64,000 nt of DNA. Origin: Eledone cirrhosa. Lineage: Eukaryota. The stretch is taken from NCBI GenBank assembly GCA_964016885.1, contig OZ024740.1, positions 142,042,001 to 142,106,000 on the forward strand. Direction: 5' to 3'. A program made the translations under genes and the position numbers. The first letter of the stretch is position 1; each line of letters starts with the position of its first letter. Positions 54,350-64,000 of this stretch are shown here, piece after piece. The notes under the pieces were generated by a model that was not told the origin of the DNA, ran no database searches, and saw only the letters and a list, made by a program, of their open reading frames with translations.

Positions 54350-55560
54350 GGCGAAAACAGATGAGAACAGCGAAAATGATGCTTCATTTTGTCGATAATA
54401 GCCAGATGCAAAAGTTAATAAGACCAACGTTACCACCACTGCCACTGTCACTAACACGACTACAGATACCACCAGTAAAGTTACCGTCGCCAACAGCAAT
54501 AACAACAAACGGGAAAAAAAAATATATATATAGTTTTCCGCATTAAAAATTATAAACTCAACGCTGTCCCTAGTACAAGAAGGACAAAGAAAAACCAACA
54601 CCAATAAAAACAACAACATTAGCACAAACTCTGCCATCAACAACAACACCACGCCATGAACACCACTACAACAACAGAAAATACAACAGAAGGAAACAAC
54701 AAAAATAACAGTAACAGGACAACACAAATAGCAACATGAACGAACAATATTAACAGAAATAACAACCACAACAATGAGTTTACAGCGGTTGCTGTAAACG
54801 TAAAGCGTTTCAGCATGAACATTTCAGAAAAGGATACATAATTAGTCCAATCGGGCAGACTAGTCAAACGTTCCCATCCCACGATGGCCCGAAGTGTGGG
54901 CAACAACGGAAATCAAACATTGATATACAAATGTGAAGTAGGAAAAGCACTGGAGATAATGCCCGACATACAGCACGCTGCATAGCCCCTCAATTTGCAA
55001 GCATTTCATTGCTCTGTAACAGTGAAACCCTGACCATCAAGAACTGCGTCCCCCAGACGAAGCGACAAATATGTTCTTTCCCTTTTATATTTCGGGAGAA
55101 GAACGGTAAATGTCAGGATTTCTGGGGCCCCAAGAGAGATGAATATCTGGTGGATCTTGGCCAGCGTGGTCTTGGAAGGTAGTAAAATCCTCCTAGAAGC
55201 AAATTAAACACGGAAAGAACACTCATCTGAGATGCTCCTTCACATAAAGCCTGACAAAATGGACAAGATTCCAGACATCATTCGCTTTCCAGAAAAACAC
55301 CCGTTAGCATCTGTGTGGTGAGATTGGCCACGAGAGCGTCTTGCCCTTAACAGAAGACAGAGGACACAGAAACCCCTTGCGCCAATAACAGGGCTCCAAT
55401 AGCAACAAAAACAGTGGTGCATCTCCCGGACGCAACATCAACACCAAAAGCAGCAACAGCAGCAGTAACACCAACAACACGAGAAGAAGAAGCATTACCA
55501 TCATCACAAACAGCAGCAAGAAAGGCAACAGACAGTAACAAAACTACACAGGGTTCTCCT
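54350..55560 (+). mobile_element. Probable degenerate ORF1 region of the Tx1-like LINE (CAA-rich)
   Basis: 55055-55280 resembles 50830-51060. Both lie beside Tx1-like RT fragments. Confidence 0.4.
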
Positions 55561-55595
55561 AATGAAGTTCTCCCTATCCTTTCTCTCTCTCCGCC

Positions 55596-55836
55596 CTCTA
55601 AATTCAGAACGTAAAGGGTCGTAATTCTATGCTGTAAAGCATGGTGTCTGACGCTCTACCGATACTACCAATTACTAATAATTGTTTCTACATTTGGCAC
55701 TAGGCCAGCAATTACCCCAGTGTATTACTGGTACTTTATTTTATCGACCCAATAAGGATGAAAGGTAAAGTTAACTTCGGCGAATTTGAACTCAGACCAT
55801 TAAGCATGGTGTCAGACCCTCTACCGATACTACCAA
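55596..55836 (-). mobile_element. Two stacked tRNA-SINE pieces
   Basis: A 5' half at 55596-55671 and an internally deleted copy at 55677-55836. Confidence 0.75.
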
Positions 55837-55899
55837 ATCCATCGCGCTTACTAATAACGTGTGTCTTCTAGAGACATACAAATATTAGGGAGAGCTTAA

Positions 55900-56940
55900 C
55901 CAACAAAGTGGGGACCCCTAACTCGACGCCCTGCACGAGTCTGGACAGAAGATGCGGAATGCTGCAGAAATCCAATAACGTAAGTCGAGATACGGGAAGG
56001 CCGGATCGGCTGGACAAGGCGTAGATCATCTGTTTGGAAGGTTTGCCCTACGAATTTTACGTGTATATGTCAGATTTGTTCGCCGGTGTCCTCGCAGCTG
56101 TCCCACTGCGACTGGCAACAGAACGGGAAATTTTCCAGTTCTGTAAGCCCGGGAGCAGTAGTAGTGATGAGGAAAGACGTGAAAATTACCTGCCCATAAT
56201 TCTGCTCAACACAGTGTCTAAGATTTTGACCCATGTGTTCGTAACGAGGTTGGCACTTGTCAGCAAGACTCAGGTCGGGACAGTGGAAATATGTGCAATC
56301 TTGTCAACGTCAATACACGCGAGGATAATGAGTAAACTTGGCTTTAGTGAGGTTCTGATCAATTTAGATCAATCAAAAGTTAGATTCAATATGGAGTCTG
56401 TCTGTCCTCAAGGCAGCCACTTTCTGTCCTGTTTTCAGAAGTTGGATCGCTGCACAGCGGCATCTGCTCGGTGGCAAATGGTAAATGGCCACCTATCGGA
56501 ACAGTTTCAGATCCCACCCACTGGCGTCAAAGATGCCCCCTCTCTTCCGTTCTGTTCGTACTGACTCTCGAGCCACTATTGAGGAAGTTAGAGCTGTTGA
56601 TGTGCATCCCACTCAAACTGGAAGGTGGGAGGGCTGCGTCGACATATGCGGACGACGTTACCGTGATAATAACGAATACCTAGGAAATTGTGGTAGTCGG
56701 TAACTTCTTAGATGAATACGAAAAGTTAACGGGAGCAAAAATTAGCCCAGACAAATAGGTTGGTTTGCAGATCGACATCTAAGAGGCTGGCATTTCATGC
56801 CGTTAACCAGCGTTGTGGGATGCTGCACAGATGGACAGGTTAAGCTGCTCAGGGTCTGGTTAGGTCCACATCTTCAATTGGATAAAAACTGCGACGAGGT
56901 AATGAGCAGGATGGTCACTATCACCCAAATCTGGGCTGCT
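55900..56940 (+). mobile_element. Tx1/L1-like RT fragment, degenerate
   Basis: GLPYEFY, ENYLPIILLNTVSKIL, LINLDQSK, RQRCPLSSVLFVLTLEPLL and STYADDVT. Confidence 0.8.
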
Positions 56941-58342
56941 CTCTATTATTATTTTTGTTAATATTATTCTTGTTGTTGTTCTTGTTTTAGTCAAAATCTG
57001 TTATCACTTCGTCTACTTTGTTGGATTTGTACTTCACTTTGCTGATGTTAACAGTGAAAATGGCGTTCAACAAATTCTTTCACGCAAAGCATGAAGTATA
57101 CGTTTGTCTGATTTAAAACGCATGCTCGAGGACACGAGGGCCCAAAAGTTGTTTGATAGACCTGGTTGACAGAGACGCGACGTTGCGGCGAAGTCCCAAT
57201 TAAACTTTTGAGGTACCAGTACAAACGCGTGTTATTCGATCCTAGACAGATGTGTACGGTTTTCAAACAGCCCTTTGCCCGTCTCTTTGAATGAAATACC
57301 GAATAGTATCTCGTCCTACTCTTTAACCATTTCACCGATCCTGGACTAGTATATTATTCATCGACTATGGAAGGAGGAACGGCGAAGTAAACCTTGGCGA
57401 GATTGAAACTCAGAGTATATTGAGCCAGACCAAATACTGAGATATTTAATCCGACGCCCTAACAATTCTTCCCCTCAAAAACAGTTGACTTGAAACATGT
57501 TATCATTCCCCACATCTGGTAGAGCATACTCTTTAGTCAAGTGAAAGATGACATCCCACCCTATAGCTCCTTAGTGCCTAGTCACAGTATCCCTATAAAC
57601 CCCACACTCTATCCAGGATCACTCCCACACCGTTAAATCCTAAAAAGCCAGGCATAGCTTTAGTAACTCCTCTCATATTCATTGTAACTCCTTTTATCCG
57701 GGGCCACCACTTCCCCCTCTTCTCTCACCTCACACTACCAACTCCCCCAACACATATTACACACACACATAAAACCATATATATCATCTTTCCTTCATTC
57801 ATGACATCACGTCTATCATGCTATTTACGTTTCCATATCATATTTGCCTCACAAACGATTTAGTTGGCACAACTCATCATGCCCTTCCTATAGAGTTAAG
57901 AGAGCTCTTCAAACAAGTCAATTGTGAAAGCCTCCCCAGAGCTGACGCCACAAAAAACACACCCAGTACATTTTGAATAGCAGTTGGAGTAAGGAATTAT
58001 TTCCAACCGTAGAAATTATACCAAAAAAGTATTGCGAGAGCCCCACGGTCACTGCATGACCACCTCACGACTGCTACTACTGTCAAGTTAAACCTTACGC
58101 AGTACAATCTGTAGAATATAGGAACGTTTGTAACCGAAATGCATCCCCTCTCCTGGCCCGTCTACGTCAGTGGCCCATATATGTATGTATGTATGCATGT
58201 GTATATATATATACACACATACATACATACATTCATACATACGTACGTACATACATGCATACATGCATACTATACATATATACATACATACATAGATACA
58301 TACATACATACATACATACATACATACATACATACATACATA

Positions 58343-60795
58343 CATGATGGCTGCCCCCTCGTTATCGAGTATGGCCATTGCACGAGAAAAAAAAAACAAA
58401 AAAAAAAAATAATAATAATAATAATAATAACAATAATAATAACGACAACAACAACAACAACAATATACATATATATATATACACACACGCACGCACATAA
58501 ACATATCTATACACACACACAGGATAGCAATTAACAGTGCTGCGATCGAATGTGGCTTTTTAGCCCAGCCAATGATCTAAAATGTTTTGCACAGATTCGG
58601 GAATAGCCGGCTGTGGTTGGAGTTCATGTACTTTTGCATGTCGTTTGAGTCCTCCTTCTGATTTACATTCTCTACCACATGCTTGGCAAGCATGATGAGT
58701 AGCATCTCCAACAGCAGCCTGGTAGTCAACCACTGGTCTTACTTTATGACTTTCGATTCCAGCTTTGCTTAGGCAGAGTCTCGCAGAGACGCTGGATGTC
58801 AGCACCATAGGAGGACCTTCGCCGTCTGGAAGTGCAACAGCAATGCCCTTCCTCACATACCGCTTTACTTTCTTGTATGCGATTCGAGATGCCTCAAAGG
58901 CAACTTCCCCCTCATATACAGTCTTTCTCCATATATTACGATCAGCAACAACATTTTCCCATGTATCAGCAGAGATGTTAGCGTCTTTCAAAGAGGTTTT
59001 CAAGGAATCCTTATACCTCTTTTTAGGTTTATGTGGCGGTCGTTTTCCTTTAACTAACTCTCCATAAAAGAGTTGTTTTGGTATTCTAGAATCCTTCACC
59101 CTGGCACGGTGACCACTCCAACGGAGTCGTTGCTTAAGCACAAGAGCTTCTATACTGTCACACATAGAGCTTTCCAAAATCTCGACATCACTGATGTGGT
59201 CCCTCCTGTGAACGCCATCGATCCGTCTGAGACACATCTGATGGAAACGCTCCAATTGCTTAAGGTGGTGTCGATATGTAACCCAGGTCTCGCAGGCATA
59301 AAAAGAGAGCACACATGCCTTGTACACCTTTACCTTTGTCTTCTTGCATATGTCTCGCCGACCCCAGAGTCGCCTTTCTAGCTTTCCGAAAGCATCACTT
59401 GATTTCCTAATCCTGAGTGGGATTTCACTATCAAGGTTGCTGTATCGATTGACAGTGCTTCCCAGGTAGACAAACTGATCAACCACTCAAAATCGTTTAC
59501 CATACACATATATATTTGGTTCACTGTACTGCTTACCAGGGGCAGGTTGGTACATGCCAACGGTTTTCTTGAGACTGACAGTCAATCCTAGGGCAGTGCA
59601 AGGATCAGAAAATGCATTCAAAATGTGCTGCATATCACACTCTGTGTGCACTACAAGATCGCAATCATCTGCATACAAGAGATCTCTTATGATTGATGTA
59701 AATACTTTTGCATTTGCAGCAAAGCGCCTGATGTTAAATATGCTGCCTGAGGATCGATATCGGATGTAAACACCATGCTCGCAATTCCTGAATGCATTAT
59801 AGAAAACCATTGCAAAAAATATGGCAAACAGGGTCGGTGCTGGAATATCCCATGTTTCACTCCATTTTTTACTCAGATAGGCTCCGACATGTTACCTCTG
59901 ACATTAACCCAAGCCTTCATGTCGTCATGGAAAGACCTAACTAAATCAAGGAACTTATCAGGGCAACCAATTTTCTGTAGAACCTTCTATAATGCATTTC
60001 TGTTAACAGTATCGAAAGCTTTTATTAGATCGACAAAAACCTGATACAGATCCAAACCTTGTTCCATGCACTTCTCCTGAAGTTGTCTAGCTGAGAAGAT
60101 CATATCATTAGTGCCGCGTCCAGCACGAAAACCAGATTGACTTTCAGGAAGAACACAATCTGCAATGTGTGTCAGCAGACGGTCCAGAAGCACCCTACAT
60201 AAAACTTTCCCTACGACAGAAAGCAATGATATACCTCTGTAGTTTCCACAATCATTCCTGTTACCATTTCCCTTGTACAAGACCACCATTACTGCATCTC
60301 TCCAGTCCCCAGGTACGGATTCATTAGCCCATATCCTTCCAAACAAAGACTGAAGATGTTGCAGGAGTCTCTCACCACCATATTGTAGGAGTTCAGCATG
60401 TATGCCATCCATACCTGGAGACCTTCCACTGTTCAGCTTCGAGATAGCCACTGCAACCTCCACAAGCGTCGGAGGTTCTGCGAGAGCTACTTTCACAGGA
60501 CTTTTTGGAAGGAGATTGAGGAAATCTTCATTGACGACAGACGGCTTATTCAAAAGATCATCAAAGTACTCTCGACACGTTCGTAGAATTCCTTGTGAGT
60601 CACGATGAAATTCTTTGCCATCCTTGCTGCGAAGAGGTGTCACCAGAAAAGAAGACGGTCCATAAACTTCACGCAAGAGACTGTACAACAGCTTTGTGTT
60701 ATTGGAATCTGACGCAGTTTGTATCTCATCAGCCTTCGAACTCCACCACTGATCCTTCATCTGAAAAAGACTCCGCCTAACACATGATTTCGCAT
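58343..60795 (-). mobile_element. RTE-clade LINE, 5'-truncated (RT to 3' end), frameshifted
   Basis: SPGMDGIHAELL, CGNYRGISLLS, LPESQSGFRAGR, FVDLIKAFDTV, LLYADD, FVYLGS, RLRWSGH, PKQLFYGEL. (CATA)n lies on both sides. Confidence 0.92.
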
Positions 60796-60844
60796 ACATA
60801 CATACATACATAGATACATACGTACATACATACATACATACTTG

Positions 60845-61830
60845 ATCGTAAGCAGAGGCCTAACATCAGTCCAGAGAGCATTTGAGTGTTGCATCATACG
60901 CCTCCGACAACATTTACGAACCTCGAAGCGTAGGAGCTCATCTATCGAGTAAGTCTATCTACGAGGCAGATAAGATCATGAGAGTTGGGATGGAACTCCT
61001 TGAAAGATATTTCCTGCATGTTAATAAAAAAACTGACACCCAGGGAAATTGCCTAGCAGTACCGCAGTGAATCCATGGATGAAAAACTGCATGCGTATCA
61101 GAAAAAAATCATGCATGGATATGTTGTCAGGAATCTCCAGAGTGATAGTAATATAGAGTCTGCACTTGTCACATCTAGGTGTTTTGCCTACATCCCTATC
61201 TCTTTTATGAATCACGTATTTTGTGTTGATTTCTTGTTCTTCGATTGCATAAGCAGCTGTCCAAAGATGTCACGGTGGTACTATCTACCTATGAGGCATG
61301 ATATAGTGGCCAAAACACTGTACAATGCAATCCGTAGAAAAGATAACCCGACATTAAAAGCTACAGCAATGTGGAAGTCATACATATACATAATATGAAA
61401 GAGTACTGGTGGAATGTTCCAGTAAAAATCCCAATAAAATAGGCATAATAGACCAGATACTCCACCCTGACTATACCTTCAGATTTATGCCTGTGACTGG
61501 GGCACTGGGATATGTTAGTAATTGCCTCAATACAAATCTTGAGAAGTTAGGCTTCACAGGAACAGAAAGAACACAACTAGTTAGGAAATTACAAGTACAA
61601 TCCATTAATGGAACAGTAAAAATATGTAAAACATTCCAAAAGTTTTGCATCTAACAACTGCATATACACATGTACACATACAACTCAAAACATACACATC
61701 CATATCTTCACATGCATGCATACATAATCTACCTAGTTGATGTTGTGTAAATTCCATTAGAAACCGACTCTCTCTCTCTATTGGGAAAAAATTTGTGAAA
61801 TTATAAAACCAGAAGAACATACATGTGTGA
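60845..61830 (+). mobile_element. R4/Dong-like LINE 3' fragment with internal inversion/deletions
   Basis: Matches 63170-64000. About 61158-61245 is inverted relative to 63545-63635. Confidence 0.75.
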
Positions 61831-62049
61831 ATGCAAAGAAATTAGAGAACAACCAACACATAATTTGGAAGTTGAGAATATTATTTTAACAGTTTGACGT
61901 ATTTTTGCAGGGTTTCATAATAGTAGGTATTCCAACACTCCCACAGACACACAAATACATATATACATACACACACATATACGCATTATACACACACACA
62001 TATATATATATATATATACACATATACATACCTGATGTATAATATATAT

Positions 62050-64000
62050 ACAGCCTGCTTGAACCTATTTCTCCAAGATCCCTGTGAAAATAATAACATC
62101 ATCACAGATGAAGAAGCAGCTGGAAAGAAAGTATTCAGGGGTGTGCTGAACAACTAATTAACAAAAATGCCATGTCGGAGGTGCGACAACTTAGGAAGAA
62201 ATGGCTACAGTCTGGATGGACTACAGGAAAGGTTTTAATTCAATTCCCCACTCTTGGATGATAGAGGCCCTCCGACTTGCTAAAGTCCCAGACATTATTA
62301 TCATCAAATCTCGCCGAGGTTAACTTTGCTTTTCATCCTTACGCGGTCGATAAAATAAAGTACCAGTAATGCACTGGGTAATTTCTGGCCTTGTGCCAAA
62401 AGTAGAAACAATTATTATCAGAGCCATAGTAAATCTGTATTCTTCTTGGGCTACTATCCTAAAGTTAAAAACAGAGAAGGAGGTCTCTATTTTCACTGAT
62501 AAAATAGAATATTAGAGGAGTATATTTCAGGAAGACAGTCTCTCTGTGCAACAATTTATCCTGTCATTAAACCCATTGTCCTTTTGCTCAAGAAATGTGA
62601 AGGATACATCATTAGCCCACAGGAGGATAGAAATACGAATTTAACACATAATTTCTGTGTGGATGACCTGAAACTCTATGCTAAGAACATAAATGGGATG
62701 AAGAAAACTCTTGACCTGGTTACAACATTCTCAAAGGATATATGAATGGAGTTTGGCCAAGATAAATGTTCATATATGAATGTAAAGCGGAGAAGAACTA
62801 CAACCCAATCTAGCAACATTTTTATCAATGTCCTAATTGTTTCACCGATATCTGTGACGAGGACGGTTACAGATACTGGGGATAGATGAGAATATATCCC
62901 ATAATAGTATTTGTAATAAGGAACGCGTAACCAGTGAATACTACATTCAATTAAGAAAAATATGGTCATTGGAACTCTCTGCGCACAATAAAACAATGGC
63001 TCACAATGTGTTTGCTGTGCCTGCCCTAACACCAACGTTTGGAACACTCGATTGGACGATAGACGAAATCCGAGCAATGGCTGTTAAAACTCGAAAAATT
63101 CTAAACAACACCGGAAACTTCCACATCAACAGTGACATAGACCAGTCTACTTGAAACGTAAGCAGGGAGGCAGAGACCTAACATCAGTCCAGACAGCATT
63201 TGAGTGTCGCATCATATCCCTCCCACAACATTTACCAACCTCGAATGGTAGGAGCCCATCTATTGAGCAAGTCTATCTGTACGAGACAGATAAGATCATG
63301 AGAGTTGGGAAGGAACTCCTTGATAGATACTCCCTGTATGAAAATCAAAATCTGACACCCAGGGAAATTGCCCAGCAGTACTGCAGTGAATCCATGATTG
63401 AAAAACTACATGCTTATCAGAAAAAAATCATGCATGGATATGTTGCCAGGAATCTCAAGAGTGATAGTAATATAGATGAGCAAAGTAGTCTATCTTGGAC
63501 CAAAAACCGCTATATTGGCTCCCATTTTGAAGGATACGATTTTGCAATCAAAGAACAAGAAATCAACACAAAATACGTGATTCACAAAAGAGATAGGGAT
63601 GTAGGCAAAACACCTAGATGTGACAAGTGTAGACTCTGCGGAATCAACATCGAAGATGTCACCCATGTCATAAGCAGCTGTCCAAAGATGTCATCGCGGT
63701 ACTATCTACCTATGAGGCATGATGTAGTGGCCAAAACACTGTAGAATGCAATCCGTAGAAAAGATAGCCCAGACATCAATGTGGAAGTCATACATATACA
63801 TAATATAAAAGAGTGCTGGTGGAATGTTCTAGTAAAAAACCCCAATAAAATGCAGGCATAACAGACCAGATATTATGATATGGGACAGGGGAAAGAAGGC
63901 ATGCACAGTAGTGGAAGTTAGCTTCTCAGCAGATGCCAATATCAAAGATTAGCGAAAAGGAGAATATCTATGCAGAACTAATCAGAAATCTACAGATACT
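62050..64000 (+). mobile_element. R4/Dong-like LINE (RT to REL), degenerate, runs off the window
   Basis: RGVYFRKTVS (degenerate GIFQGDS), THNFCVDDLKLY, GGRDL, KEQEINTK, CRLCG..EDVTHVISSC, RHD and HNRPD. A SINE is inserted at 62303-62418. Confidence 0.85.
62303..62418 (+). mobile_element. tRNA-SINE 3' half
   Basis: Family core and tail. Confidence 0.8.

Overview
Eukaryotic, AT-rich, repeat-saturated DNA. It is most likely cephalopod (Octopus-like), inferred from the SINE families, (TA)n/(CA)n density and LINE mix. No host protein-coding gene can be recognised with confidence, and most listed ORFs are translations of microsatellites. The window contains fragments of Penelope-like retroelements (PLEs) with C-terminal GIY-YIG endonuclease, R4/Dong-like REL-endonuclease LINEs (one near full length, with an internal ~0.8-kb duplication), RTE LINEs, Tx1/L1-like LINEs, many tRNA-derived SINE copies and a non-autonomous Helitron. 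The most notable signal, found by folding sequences by eye, is a diverse set of about ten families of type I hammerhead ribozyme (HHR) motifs. They sit in PLE pseudo-LTRs and in small ORF-less fold-back elements inserted at (TA)n. Many carry non-canonical cores (U3-A8, U4A, U4C, A13C) or very long 56-103 nt stem II inserts. One element (39128-40360) has a tandem ~495-nt HHR-to-HHR unit, the architecture expected of a circRNA-producing retrozyme. All folds and family assignments are manual and need computational or biochemical confirmation.
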